A program made the position numbers and the translations under genes. The notes under the pieces are model-generated. The model was not told where the DNA came from, did not search any database, and worked only from the letters and a program-made list of their open reading frames with translations. Shown here piece after piece: positions 10,859-20,624 of a stretch of DNA of 46,354 nucleotides. Every line of letters begins with the position of its first letter. The stretch's first letter is position 1. Source of the DNA: Reyranella sp. Lineage in GTDB: Bacteria; Pseudomonadota; Alphaproteobacteria; Reyranellales; Reyranellaceae. The stretch spans positions 1 to 46,354 of the forward strand of contig JAUXST010000574.1 of the NCBI GenBank assembly GCA_030679805.1, read 5' to 3'.

Positions 10859-11710
10859 CTAGGCAGCGCCCGGCGCCGGCGGCAGCAGCTCGGGGTGGCC
10901 GGAATTCGCCGATTGCACGCCGAACGATACCTGCTGGAAGCAATATTCGGCGAGCTTCTTGCGATCACCGAGCTGGTCGATGTCGATCGTCGGGAAAAAC
11001 GTCACGACCGCCTCCGTCTCGCCGAGGCAAACCATCTGCCAGAGATGCGGCACCAGGTCGAGATCGCCAAACCACGCAAACAAGGGGCGCCAGTAACGGC
11101 CCAGAGGAATGCCGTCGAGTCGCGTGTAGGCGATCGCGACGGGTTGCACGACGATCGGCCTGTTGTTGCGGCGCAGCTGCGCCACGGCGAACAGGGCGCT
11201 GCGAAAAGGCAGAACACGCGTGCCGTCGCTGCTCGTTCCCTCGGGAAACAGCAGGAGGTTGTCACCGGTGTTCAGTCGCTTCAGCATCTCGTTGCGGCTG
11301 GTGCTGGCCTTGCTCGAGCGCCGTTCGACGAAGATGGTGCGCTGTGCCTTGGCGAGCGTGCTGAAGAACGGCCAGGTCGCGACTTCGGCCTTGGCGACGA
11401 AGCAACCGGGAACCAGACCGCCCAACAGTTCGATATCGAGGTAGGAGACGTGATTGCAGACAAAGAGCGTCGGCGTCGCCGCCGAGGGTTGACCGTGAAC
11501 CCGCACGCGAATGCCCAGGATGACACAGACGATGCGATGATAGACCACCGGCAGCCAGCGGATGACCGGCGTGATCCGGAACGCGAGCGCGAGCAGATGA
11601 AAGGGCAGCAGCGCCAGCGTCAGGAGCAGATAGCTCAGCAGACGAAACGCGCCGCGCAGGGGGGATCCGATCCACATCGTCGCTACTGACGCGTCAGTCG
11701 TGCTGGTCAC
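10859..11710 (-). CDS. olsA: Lysophospholipid/lyso-ornithine lipid O-acyltransferase (PlsC family)
   Basis: NHVSYLD and FPEGTSSDG motifs; overlaps the olsB-like gene upstream. Confidence 0.8.
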   Translation of the reverse strand: MTSTTDASVATMWIGSPLRGAFRLLSYLLLTLALLPFHLLALAFRITPVIRWLPVVYHRIVCVILGIRVRVHGQPSAATPTLFVCNHVSYLDIELLGGLVPGCFVAKAEVATWPFFSTLAKAQRTIFVERRSSKASTSRNEMLKRLNTGDNLLLFPEGTSSDGTRVLPFRSALFAVAQLRRNNRPIVVQPVAIAYTRLDGIPLGRYWRPLFAWFGDLDLVPHLWQMVCLGETEAVVTFFPTIDIDQLGDRKKLAEYCFQQVSFGVQSANSGHPELLPPAPGAA

Positions 11711-12545
11711 GAATCCCGCGTTCGTAATGCCGGATGTACTTCTCCGTCACCAGTTCGGTCTTGACGATGATGAAGACGTCGGTGGTGTTGAACTCGGGAT
11801 CGATCACCGCGCCGTCGCCGACGAAACCGCCCAGCCGCAGATAGCCCTTGATGAGCGGCGGCACACGCGCCATCGCCTTGCGCGGGTCGTAGGTTCCCGG
11901 CGCGAGCGTATCCATCTTGACGTAGCGACTGGCGATCGCACGCACCCGGATTTCCGGTGGGGCGAGATGATGATGGTAGAGATAGCTGAGCGGCAGCGCG
12001 TGCTGTGATGGGTCTGTTCCGGGAAAGCTGGCGCAACCGAACATCACCTGGATATTGTAGTGGAACGCATAGAGAGCGATACCGCGCCACAGCATCTGCA
12101 TAGTCGCGGTGTTGCGTGCGTCCTTCTCGATGCACGACCGCCCGAGTTCCAGCACCTCGCCGGGATAGTCGATCATCGGCTGGATGTCGTACTCGGCGGA
12201 CGAATAGAAACGCCCCATCTTCGCCGCCGCCGGCCGGCGGATCAGCCGGTAGGTTCCGACGATACCTTCGGGTCCTTCGCCGCGACGCCGATCGAGCACC
12301 AGCAGATGATCGCAAACCTTGTCGAATGCATCGAAGTCGCGGCGGGTGGCGGCGATCTCCGCCGTCGGCCTGGCCGTCATTTCTTCGTAGAACACCCGGT
12401 AGCGGAGCGCTTGCGCCGCCTCGATCTCCGCGGCGTCCTTGGCCAGTCGGACCTCGAAATCGCCGGCAACGACTTTGACGATCTCCCCACTCGAAGTGGG
12501 AGTTCCAAGAAGTTCGGCTTCACTGTCAACGCGGTCGATGCGCAT
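11694..12545 (-). CDS. olsB: GNAT-fold ornithine N-acyltransferase
   Basis: AAQALRYRVFYEEM, DAFDKVCDHLLV, VGTYRL, LELGRSC, PPLIKGYLRLG. Confidence 0.88.
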   Translation of the reverse strand: MRIDRVDSEAELLGTPTSSGEIVKVVAGDFEVRLAKDAAEIEAAQALRYRVFYEEMTARPTAEIAATRRDFDAFDKVCDHLLVLDRRRGEGPEGIVGTYRLIRRPAAAKMGRFYSSAEYDIQPMIDYPGEVLELGRSCIEKDARNTATMQMLWRGIALYAFHYNIQVMFGCASFPGTDPSQHALPLSYLYHHHLAPPEIRVRAIASRYVKMDTLAPGTYDPRKAMARVPPLIKGYLRLGGFVGDGAVIDPEFNTTDVFIIVKTELVTEKYIRHYERGIRDQHD

Positions 12546-12610
12546 GCTTCATCCGCAGGGAGCCGCCCCAATCATTCGGCCATTATCGGGGTGGCAACGG
12601 TTCCGTCCAC

Positions 12611-13048
12611 TCATTTTTGCCGTTCGGTCTTGCTGTCCAAAGGCACGCCATACAATTCAAGCCGGTGACCGACCAGCCGGTAGCCGGCTTTTTCAGCGAT
12701 CTTGCGCTGCAACTCTTCGATCTCACCGTTGTGGAATTCCACGACTTTGCCGGTCTGGATATCGATCAGGTGATCGTGATGCTCCTCAGGTGTTTCTTCA
12801 TAGCGTGCGCGGCCATCGCCAAAGTCATGCTTGGCGAGAATGCCTGCTTCCTCGAACAAGCGAACCGTGCGGTAGACGGTCGCAATCGAAATATTCGGGT
12901 CAATCGCGGTGGCGCGGCGATGGACAGCCTCCACGTCCGGATGGTCGGACGAGTCGGAGAGGACGCGCGCGATGACGCGGCGCTGATCGGTCATCTTGAG
13001 ACCGCGTTCAACGCAGAGGACTTCGAGCTTGGCTTTACGATCAGGCAT
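12611..13048 (-). CDS. fur: Fur-family regulator (Fur/Mur)
   Basis: GLKMTDQRR, DHPDVE, ISIATVYRT, EHHDHLID, HRLELYG. ATG at 13048. Confidence 0.93.
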   Translation of the reverse strand: MPDRKAKLEVLCVERGLKMTDQRRVIARVLSDSSDHPDVEAVHRRATAIDPNISIATVYRTVRLFEEAGILAKHDFGDGRARYEETPEEHHDHLIDIQTGKVVEFHNGEIEELQRKIAEKAGYRLVGHRLELYGVPLDSKTERQK

Positions 13049-13094
13049 GCCGGAATACCCTACACCGGTCGGCGTTCGCGGTATAGTTGGGGAC

Positions 13095-13343
13095 ATGTCC
13101 ATACAGCCGAACGCTATACAGCCGGACCATGACATCGATATTACCGGGGAGGTCTGCCCGATGACATTCGTGCGGACCAAGCTCAAGCTCGAACGCATGA
13201 AATCGGGCGAGGTTCTGCGGGTCAGGCTGCGCGGCGAAGAACCGCTCAGGAATGTCCCGCGTGCCGCCCGGGACGAGGGCCACACTATTTTGGGGATCGA
13301 GGCGGCCGGCGACACCCATATGGTGACAATCCGTCGGGCGTGA
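13095..13343 (+). CDS. TusA-family sulfur carrier protein
   Basis: DITGEVCPMTFVRTKL, GEVLRV; ~82 aa. Confidence 0.88.
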   Translation: MSIQPNAIQPDHDIDITGEVCPMTFVRTKLKLERMKSGEVLRVRLRGEEPLRNVPRAARDEGHTILGIEAAGDTHMVTIRRA

Positions 13344-13823
13344 TCAACCGAAATCGAGTCGCATTACAAAGGCATCCACCGCGGGACGGTCGCCGCGCCG
13401 GAAGTAGGCCGGCCGGCTGCCGACGTCGCGAAAGCCCACCTGCTCGTACAATGTCCGGGCGGCCGGGTTGTCGGCGGCGACTTCGAGAAACAGGGTCCGG
13501 GCGCCGGCTGCCCGGACGTGGTCGAGGACGGCCGCCAGCAGGGCCCGCCCGGTGCCGCGGCGGCGCTCGGCCGGCCGCACGGCAATGGTGACGAGTTCCG
13601 ACTCGTCGGCCGCCACCCGGCAGATGGCCATGCCGACATCCGCGCCGTCGATTTGAATCAAAAGCCCCGCGACGCCCGGTGACGCCAACAGTTCGGCCAT
13701 GTCCTGCCGCGTCCAGCCACGTTCACCAAGGGGCGTAAAAGCCTCGCCGTGCAAAGCAGCCGCGCGATCGAGATCGAGCGCGCCCAAGGGACGCAGGGCA
13801 CGATGCATGTCGGGCGCGGGCAT
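13344..13823 (-). CDS. rimI: Ribosomal-protein-alanine N-acetyltransferase (GNAT)
   Basis: DESELVTIAV, RRRGTG, FLEVAADN, LYEQVGF...RPAY; follows tsaB. Confidence 0.85.
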   Translation of the reverse strand: MPAPDMHRALRPLGALDLDRAAALHGEAFTPLGERGWTRQDMAELLASPGVAGLLIQIDGADVGMAICRVAADESELVTIAVRPAERRRGTGRALLAAVLDHVRAAGARTLFLEVAADNPAARTLYEQVGFRDVGSRPAYFRRGDRPAVDAFVMRLDFG

Positions 13824-14513
13824 TCAGTCCACCATCCGGCGCGCGCCATCCGGCAGGGTGATGCTGACGCCGCGCAGGTACAGCGGCCTCGGCAAGCCTT
13901 CACTTGCGTTACGCGCCCGCCAGGTTTCGACGCCTTCGGAGAATCCGAGGCGCGCAACTGCGACGGGATCGACGCCGGCCACCTCGGCCTCGCCATCGAC
14001 GCCGGCCGCCACCAGATGCGGCACGAGCAAGTCCACGTCAGGGCCCACGACCAGGCAAGGCCGGTCGCGCAGGCGGTCCGCCAGCCCGGCCGCCGAGGCG
14101 GCAAACGGCGACTGCATGTCCTCACCGATCGCGCAGAACCAATCGCCAAGGTGGCTGTCGATGGCGGCAATTGCGAGCCGTTTGCGCGCAGATGCCCGGC
14201 GCGCCGCCTGGGCGATCAGCACGGAGGTTGTCGAAACACCGGCCAGCGGGACGCCGAGCCCAACGGCGAGACCGCGCGCCGCCGCCAGCCCTATCCGCAC
14301 ACCCGTGAAGCTTCCCGGGCCGATGGTGACGGCGATCAGCGACAGTTCCTGCCGCGCTACGCCGGCGTCGCGAAGGGTCGATGCCACCGCCGGAAGCAGC
14401 CGGACCGCCTGGTCCCGTCCCTCTTCGCGCAAGGATGCCAGGCCGGTGCCGTCGCGCACCACGGCGACGCCCAGTCCGCTGACCGCACAGTCGAGGGCGA
14501 GCACCAGGCTCAT
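13824..14513 (-). CDS. tsaB: tRNA threonylcarbamoyladenosine biosynthesis protein TsaB
   Basis: VLALDC, IAVTIGPGSFTGVRIG, C-terminal PLYLR. Confidence 0.93.
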   Translation of the reverse strand: MSLVLALDCAVSGLGVAVVRDGTGLASLREEGRDQAVRLLPAVASTLRDAGVARQELSLIAVTIGPGSFTGVRIGLAAARGLAVGLGVPLAGVSTTSVLIAQAARRASARKRLAIAAIDSHLGDWFCAIGEDMQSPFAASAAGLADRLRDRPCLVVGPDVDLLVPHLVAAGVDGEAEVAGVDPVAVARLGFSEGVETWRARNASEGLPRPLYLRGVSITLPDGARRMVD

Positions 14514-14585
14514 GCCAGGCTCAAGATAGGTCGGCCCGTCCGCCAGCCTCTGGCGCTCGATCGGACGGCTGGGCATTGTTTGATC

Positions 14586-15143
14586 ATGAAACTCGATCTG
14601 ATTGCGATCGCCCCGCCCGACTTCGATGTGGACGTGACGCTGGCCTATGCGACCGATGCCAATCTAACGGGGAGACCCGTCTACCGGAATGCCGAATGCT
14701 GGCTGCATCGCGCGGCGGCCGAGAGGCTCGCCACCGCGGTGACGTTGGCCCGGCCGCTCGGCCTGCGGCTGCGCATTTTCGATGCGCTGCGGCCGGTCGA
14801 GGCGCAATGGGCGCTGTGGAACGTCAACCCCGATCCGGAGTTTCTCGCCGACCCGCGCCGCGGCTCGCCACATTCGCGCGGCGTGGCGGTCGACCTCAGC
14901 TTGCTGGACGAGAGCGGCCACGAACTCGACATGGGCACGGCGTTCGATGCCTTCACCCCGTTGTCGCATCATGGCCGAACCGACATCTCCGCCAAGGCCC
15001 AGCGCAACCGTCTGCTGCTGATGGGCTTGATGACCGTCGCAGGTTGGGACTTCTACCGCAACGAGTGGTGGCACTATCAGCTCTTCGATGCCAGGCACTA
15101 TCCACTGGTCAGTGACGCCGATCTGCCACGCCCGATGATGTAG
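14586..15143 (+). CDS. ddpX: D-alanyl-D-alanine dipeptidase (M15D, DdpX/VanX family)
   Basis: YATDANLTG, FDALRP, SPHSRGVAVD, EWWHY zinc motifs. Confidence 0.92.
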   Translation: MKLDLIAIAPPDFDVDVTLAYATDANLTGRPVYRNAECWLHRAAAERLATAVTLARPLGLRLRIFDALRPVEAQWALWNVNPDPEFLADPRRGSPHSRGVAVDLSLLDESGHELDMGTAFDAFTPLSHHGRTDISAKAQRNRLLLMGLMTVAGWDFYRNEWWHYQLFDARHYPLVSDADLPRPMM

Positions 15144-15144
15144 C

Positions 15145-16254
15145 TCAGAAGCTCGAGAGCCGGGCCCTGTCGAAATCGCCGAGTTCGTTCTCGCGCATGA
15201 TCTGGCGCACGAACTGGACGTAGCCTTGGCCGCGTTCGGAATAGCGCAGCAGCATGCCGATCAGGCGATAGCCTTCGGGATGCTCGCCGCGCTGGCGCAT
15301 CGCCGCGCGTTCGGTGCGAAACCCGGCATAGGCGGGGTGGGTGTTCAGATTGGTGATGTAGGCGTCGGTGGCCTCGCCGACATCCTTGAACGGCTGCGGC
15401 ATGCCGGCGCCCGGCGTCCACGGAACGGAAACGCTGTGACGTCCCACCGACTGGATCTGGCCAAACAGGGCATTGCCGTTGCGCGCGGCGAAGGACGTGC
15501 CCCAGCCCGATTCGACGCCGCCCTGGGCAATCGCCATCGAGGGCGGGACGATGTCGACGCGGCGCACCAGCTCGTCGAGCTTGTCGACCGGCGTCTCGTA
15601 GCGGTCGGCAAGATCCTCGAGCCAGATTCGCTCGATCGGTGTCATGCGCTCCGGCGCGACCGCGATCTTGTCGCGCAAGTACAGAAGCTGCTCGCGATCG
15701 GCGAGCACGCGCTGATTGACCTCGAGCACCACCGGCAGAATCGCGGTGATGAAGAGCATCTTGCGCTCGTTGCCGTCCTTGGTGTTGAGATCGCCCGGTA
15801 CGCGATCGACCTTGATCGGCGGAACGGCTTCGCCCAGCCGGACTTCGTTCAGCGTGTAGGCGACGGCACGAAAGAAACCGGCAAGCTCATCGGCGGTACG
15901 CGGACTGATGGGCCGCAGCTGGACCTGCCGGCGGACGGCATTGCCGGGCGCCGCGAAGCGCCCGTGACCGAGGGTCGTTTCGCGCGTGGAGAAATGAGGC
16001 CAATCGTCGGGCTCGCTGGGTTCGTGGCGGACGAACGTCAAGGCAGCGGGCTGGGCGTCCATGGCGAGAAACGCCGGCTGCTCCGGCGACGCGGCATTCG
16101 CCGTCCCGATCGCGGTAAAGGACAGATACGGCGCGACATCGACGTTCGGCAACGGTTCGCTAAACCCCACCCCCGCGGCGACCATGGCGAGCCAGGCCGC
16201 CGGAAATGCATAACGGCGCCCGCGTTCGACCGCGGGCCTGAGTAACAACTGCAT
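15145..16254 (-). CDS. Bax-like glucosaminidase (GH73) domain protein
   Basis: RKMLFI, RVDIVPPSMAIAQGGVESGWGTS, NALFG, NLNTHPAY, YSERG. Confidence 0.88.
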   Translation of the reverse strand: MQLLLRPAVERGRRYAFPAAWLAMVAAGVGFSEPLPNVDVAPYLSFTAIGTANAASPEQPAFLAMDAQPAALTFVRHEPSEPDDWPHFSTRETTLGHGRFAAPGNAVRRQVQLRPISPRTADELAGFFRAVAYTLNEVRLGEAVPPIKVDRVPGDLNTKDGNERKMLFITAILPVVLEVNQRVLADREQLLYLRDKIAVAPERMTPIERIWLEDLADRYETPVDKLDELVRRVDIVPPSMAIAQGGVESGWGTSFAARNGNALFGQIQSVGRHSVSVPWTPGAGMPQPFKDVGEATDAYITNLNTHPAYAGFRTERAAMRQRGEHPEGYRLIGMLLRYSERGQGYVQFVRQIMRENELGDFDRARLSSF

Positions 16255-16361
16255 GCCACACTCTTCGTTTCGTTGGCTCGGAACGAACGACCCCACCACG
16301 CACGGCCCTCCCGCGGACCGCGATGCAGTACTGACGCTGTACGCTTGAGCGAAAAGCCGCC

Positions 16362-16910
16362 CTACTGGGCTGCTTGGACTTCCACCACTTCTGGCACGTA
16401 GTGCTTCAGAAGGTTTTCAATTCCCATCTTCAGCGTGGCCGTCGAACTCGGGCAACCCGAGCAAGAACCCTGCATGTGCAGGTAGACCACGCCGTCTCGG
16501 AAATCCTGGAACACGATATCGCCGCCATCCTGAGCCACAGCCGGACGGACACGCGTATCGAGCAGTTCCTTGATCTGGGCGACGACCTCGTCGTCATCCG
16601 CTGCGGCAACGGCCGTATCACCGCTGTCGGCCACCACCGGATCGCCGGAGGTGTAATGCTCCATGATGCCACCCAGAATGGATGGCTTGAGGACCTGCCA
16701 GTCGAGACTCGCCTCTTTCGTGACGGTCACAAAGTCGGAGCCAAAGAACACCCGCTCGACGCCTTCGATCGCAAACAGCCTCTTGGCCAGGGGCGAAGGC
16801 ACGGCGGCATCGACGCTCGCAAAGTCCATCGTCCCCTTCTCCATGACGACGCGGCCAGGGAGGAACTTCAGGGTTGATGGGTTTGGCGTCTGCTCGGTCT
16901 GGATAAACAA
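16362..16910 (-). CDS. NifU/Nfu-family Fe-S carrier
   Basis: FIQTEQTPNPSTLKFLPG, RVRPAVAQDGGDI, GSCSGCPSS. TTG start at 16910 after GAGGAG. Confidence 0.95.
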   Translation of the reverse strand: MFIQTEQTPNPSTLKFLPGRVVMEKGTMDFASVDAAVPSPLAKRLFAIEGVERVFFGSDFVTVTKEASLDWQVLKPSILGGIMEHYTSGDPVVADSGDTAVAAADDDEVVAQIKELLDTRVRPAVAQDGGDIVFQDFRDGVVYLHMQGSCSGCPSSTATLKMGIENLLKHYVPEVVEVQAAQ

Positions 16911-17003
16911 ACCTGGTCTCCTCAATCGAACGCTTGGTGGCGGGGCCACCTGGCATCGCTCAGACTGGGAACGGGACGTCTCCACCCCCAATCGGCATCT
17001 CGG

Positions 17004-17032
17004 ACGTAGGAACCGGCATCCAGTCGATCAAG
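17004..17032 (-). promoter_or_regulatory. Putative RpoH-type promoter of the nifU-like gene
   Basis: Minus strand CTTG-N18-CCTACGT resembles the alphaproteobacterial RpoH consensus CTTG-N17/18-CYTATNT. Confidence 0.4.
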
Positions 17033-17201
17033 TTGATTCTTAGGTGCATCGGTATAACAGTTATGGAATATAGTAATATTATGTAATAAAATCAATATAC
17101 TAAAAATGAAGTAAAAATTTTGATCTTGTTTCACAACTCCAATGCAAAATCTGATTGTCAACATGTGCCTGACAGAATGACGCGGAGATTGCCCGCATGG
17201 T

Positions 17202-17693
17202 CTATGAGATTGCGTCGATCTCGGATTCGGTCAAGGCACCCGGCACGATGGTCAGAGGGATACGGAGCTGGCCGCCGAGCTTGCCGGTGAAGGCCGTGAC
17301 CAAAGGGCCTGGCCCCTCGCCGCCCGAGGAGCTGCCCAGCACCAGAACCGAAATAGATCGGTCCTCGGCCACGAGCTTGATCAATTCGTCGCGGCTCTTG
17401 CCCTCCCGAATGTGGATCGTCGGAGGCTGACCGGTGAGGGTGGCGGCCGTGTCGGCATGGCGGGCGACCACGTCCTCGGCCTGCTGGCGCGCTTCCTGGC
17501 GCATCAGGTCGACGACGGCCCCCCATTGCTGGCCTTCCGGCGGATCCATGACGTAGAGCATGGCCACCCGTCCGCCGGTACGCTTGGCTCGACGGCAAGC
17601 ATAACGCAACGCATTCCGCATTTCGGGGCTTTCATCGACGACGACCAGAAAGACGCGTTCGTCGGCCCGGCCGGGCTGCTCGCTCACAGTCAT
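17202..17693 (-). CDS. Universal stress protein
   Basis: FLVVVDESPEM, IREG, LVLGS, GPGPLV, IPLTIVPG. Confidence 0.92.
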   Translation of the reverse strand: MTVSEQPGRADERVFLVVVDESPEMRNALRYACRRAKRTGGRVAMLYVMDPPEGQQWGAVVDLMRQEARQQAEDVVARHADTAATLTGQPPTIHIREGKSRDELIKLVAEDRSISVLVLGSSSGGEGPGPLVTAFTGKLGGQLRIPLTIVPGALTESEIDAIS

Positions 17694-17731
17694 GGTCCTC
17701 TTCCCTCTGCGCCCATCGTCCGGTCCGCCCC

Positions 17732-18574
17732 CTACAAACGCCGCATGATCGCGCCGCCCAGCCAGCCGGCGAACAGCGCCATGACAATCGCACCCACGCC
17801 GTAGAGCGCCCCGTCATGGCTCGCCCATCCCGCCAGCTGGGCGCTGAAGCCGACCTTGCCGACCGGCAGCGGCCTCGACACTGCGGCGACGATCTTGCCG
17901 TCGCGCAGCAGATACGCCTTCACCTCGTAGACCCCCTCGGGCAACCGGGAGGGAAAAGGCAGGTCGACACGAAACAGCCGGCTGGCCTGCACCGTGACCT
18001 GCCCGATCGCCGCCGGATAGAGCCCCTCCTGGCGCTTGACCTCGACCAGGCCGCCGCGGAACTTGGCCACCTCTGCCGCCGACCGCGTGCCGACCGGCTT
18101 GATGGTCGACATCCGATCTTCCAGCGACAGAATTTCGCCGCCGGCACCACGGGCGAGCAGCCGCTGCAGCGGCTGGCTGGCGGCAATGGCGTAATAGGCG
18201 GGCACATTCTCGAAGGACTGGCGGCCGGTGTTGAGCCACAGGCCCAGGACACGCTGCTTGCGCAGCACCGTCTCGCGCGCCTCCGGCCCGACCACGACCA
18301 CGACCACCTCGCCCGGTGGATCGAACATCCCGAACATCAGAATGCTCTCCCCCTGGAAGGCCGAGGTGATCGACACGCGCGCGCGCGACAGATCGACGAC
18401 CAAATCGGGCGTGACCGACTCGACCGGCACCGACGGTGGCGCGCTGGAATCGATCGATCCCCCCAAGCTCGGCCCCGGCAGAGCGCCACTGGGCGGCTCG
18501 ATGCGCGGCCCCTGGGCCTGCGCGCCCGCCGCCCAGACGAGACCTGCCGCGAGGGCCGGCAGAAGGCGTCTCAT
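17732..18574 (-). CDS. TIGR02186-family membrane protein
   Basis: Signal peptide, LVVDLS...ITSAFQGESILMFG, RKQRVLGLWLN, C-terminal TM helix; ATGA overlap with tauE. Confidence 0.85.
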   Translation of the reverse strand: MRRLLPALAAGLVWAAGAQAQGPRIEPPSGALPGPSLGGSIDSSAPPSVPVESVTPDLVVDLSRARVSITSAFQGESILMFGMFDPPGEVVVVVVGPEARETVLRKQRVLGLWLNTGRQSFENVPAYYAIAASQPLQRLLARGAGGEILSLEDRMSTIKPVGTRSAAEVAKFRGGLVEVKRQEGLYPAAIGQVTVQASRLFRVDLPFPSRLPEGVYEVKAYLLRDGKIVAAVSRPLPVGKVGFSAQLAGWASHDGALYGVGAIVMALFAGWLGGAIMRRL

Positions 18575-19497
18575 GGCTGCACCTCGCGGATACCGAGCGA
18601 GAACGGCAAACTCGGCGTGCGCAGGAGTTCGGTCAGCAGTTCGACCGCGACCGCCAGAATCAGGATCGACATCAAACCACGCAGCACGACGCCCGGGAGC
18701 TTCGCCGCCAAGCGCGAGCCGATCGGCGCGCCCACCACGCCACCCAGGATCAGGAGCAACGCCAGCACCACGTCCACCGTGCCGTTGGTCGTGGCCTGGA
18801 GGAACGTGACGTTGGCCGCCACGAACAGGATCTGGAAATTCGAGGTGCCGATCACCACCGCTGTCGGCATGCCGAGCAGATAGATCATGGCAGGCACAAG
18901 GACGAAGCCGCCGCCAACACCCAGGATCGCCGACAGAATGCCGATCAGGACACCCAGCCCCAGCGGCAGCAACGCGCTGATGTAGAGCTTCGACTTGTAG
19001 AAACGAAGCTTCAACGGCAGGCGGTGCACCAGGTAGTGGGTGTGAAGCTTGCCGCGCGGCGCGCCAGGATTGCGCCGGCGCTTGACGTAGGTACTCAGAC
19101 TTTCGACCAGCATGAGGAGGCCGATCGTCGACAGCATGATGACGTAGAGGACGGCGATGACGAAATCGATCTGGCCGATCCGCTTGAGATAGGTGAACAG
19201 CCAGACGCCGGCGGACGAGCCGAATATGCCGCCCAGCAAAAGCACCATCCCCATGCGCAGGTCGACGTTGCCGCGGCGCCAATGGACCTGCAGCGACGAC
19301 ACCGAGTTGGCGATCACCTGGTTGGCCTGGCTGGCGACCGCGACGGCCGGGGGAATGCCGACGAAAATCAGGAGCGGCGTGGCGAGAAACCCGCCGCCGA
19401 CGCCGAACATGCCGGCGAGCAGTCCGGCTGCGGCCCCCAAGCCCAGCAGCACGAACACGTTCATCGACTGCTCGGCAATGGGAAGGTAGATTTCCAC
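18571..19497 (-). CDS. Sulfite exporter TauE/SafE family protein
   Basis: IYLPIAE, GMFGVGGGFL, LGVGGGFVLVP; multiple TM helices. Confidence 0.92.
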   Translation of the reverse strand: MEIYLPIAEQSMNVFVLLGLGAAAGLLAGMFGVGGGFLATPLLIFVGIPPAVAVASQANQVIANSVSSLQVHWRRGNVDLRMGMVLLLGGIFGSSAGVWLFTYLKRIGQIDFVIAVLYVIMLSTIGLLMLVESLSTYVKRRRNPGAPRGKLHTHYLVHRLPLKLRFYKSKLYISALLPLGLGVLIGILSAILGVGGGFVLVPAMIYLLGMPTAVVIGTSNFQILFVAANVTFLQATTNGTVDVVLALLLILGGVVGAPIGSRLAAKLPGVVLRGLMSILILAVAVELLTELLRTPSLPFSLGIREVQP

Positions 19498-19506
19498 GGT
19501 GCCGGC

Positions 19507-20538
19507 CTACTTCAGCAGGATGTTGCTGATTTCGCGCAGCTGGGTGCGCGCCCGCAGCAGATAGAAACCCTGCGCGGCCAGATGATTGGGAATGAGAAAC
19601 CCGTCGAGGTAGCCGTTCCAGACCACCCAGGGCTGCAGTTCGGCGGCGAGACGGAACGTCTCCACCGTGCCGTTCCAGGCATTCGTCAGCCCCTTCTCGC
19701 GGATGACGTTCTCGAAGTCGACGCCCAGTTCGCGCAGCAGCAGGTAGTTGGCGTAGAGCCGGCCCTTGTTGAAATAGAAGATGTCGTCGCACCGTGAATC
19801 GAACAGGTCGCCCGACTTCTCGATGATGTGCTGGTCGATGACGCCCGAATCGGAGCCCTCATCGTTGGCGATGCGATCGAGCAGCGCCTGAAGGTTGTCG
19901 GCGCGGCGCTCGAATATCGCCTGACCGGAGGCCAGTCGCTTGTTGTAGGCCAGCAGCTTCTCTCGGCCGGCGCGGTACTTCTGTGCCGACGTGGCCGACG
20001 GCATCAGCGACACACTGGGCTGCCACACCCAAATGTTGGGCTGCTCGTTCAGGAAGCCGCGCGCCTGCTCGAGGTCGCGGTCGGTCTGGCTCGAGCCGCG
20101 GGTGCGGCCGAGCTGGTCCATCAGTTCCGTACTGAAGCGGCCGAGCGCCGCCATGACGCCGCGCTGGAAATTCGGCATGTTGTCGAGCAATCCGGACGGC
20201 ATGAAGAAAGGCTGCATCGGCGTCCAAGTGTGGACGTTGACCTCGCGATTGACCAGGTCGGCCGCGACCGCCACCGCCCTGCTTTCGCCTGGCGTCACGT
20301 TGCGCGGTGCGAACTGTGGATCGTCGTCGATGTCCTGGGTCACCAGCGCGCCGACGGGATAGTAGAGGATCGCCACCACTACCGCGGCACGCCACGCCCA
20401 GCCCCAGGCCGTGCGGCGGCCACCCGACCCGGCAGCCTTGGATGCAAAGGGACGAAAGGCCCGCACGCGATCCCACGCACGACGCCTCCAGGAAGGCGCC
20501 GATACGGGTGCTGCACCGTGATCCGGATCGAATGTCAT
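19507..20538 (-). CDS. DUF2333 family protein
   Basis: N-terminal TM, LDNMPNFQRG, GRTRGSS..DRDL, RADNL, DDIFY..KG, NHLA.QGFYLLRA. Confidence 0.8.
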   Translation of the reverse strand: MTFDPDHGAAPVSAPSWRRRAWDRVRAFRPFASKAAGSGGRRTAWGWAWRAAVVVAILYYPVGALVTQDIDDDPQFAPRNVTPGESRAVAVAADLVNREVNVHTWTPMQPFFMPSGLLDNMPNFQRGVMAALGRFSTELMDQLGRTRGSSQTDRDLEQARGFLNEQPNIWVWQPSVSLMPSATSAQKYRAGREKLLAYNKRLASGQAIFERRADNLQALLDRIANDEGSDSGVIDQHIIEKSGDLFDSRCDDIFYFNKGRLYANYLLLRELGVDFENVIREKGLTNAWNGTVETFRLAAELQPWVVWNGYLDGFLIPNHLAAQGFYLLRARTQLREISNILLK

Positions 20539-20624
20539 GGCCGACCTTACCATTCGCCTCGTGACGAAACAGGGGCGTGGCCTGCTAGAGTGCCGTGATT
20601 CTTTAATCCAATGGAGTTGGTGGA

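Noticed and set aside
10856-10862. GCTCTAG at the olsA stop as another CTAG-element end
   Set aside because: No partner inverted end in the short olsA-miaB gap; it shows such words can arise from ordinary TAG stops.
17732-19792. 686-aa ORF as one protein; likewise 24275-26140, 13749-15143, 21038-22711, 35327-36592 and 4587-6434
   Set aside because: Each has a real C-terminal gene plus a spurious upstream extension overlapping another gene; starts were trimmed.
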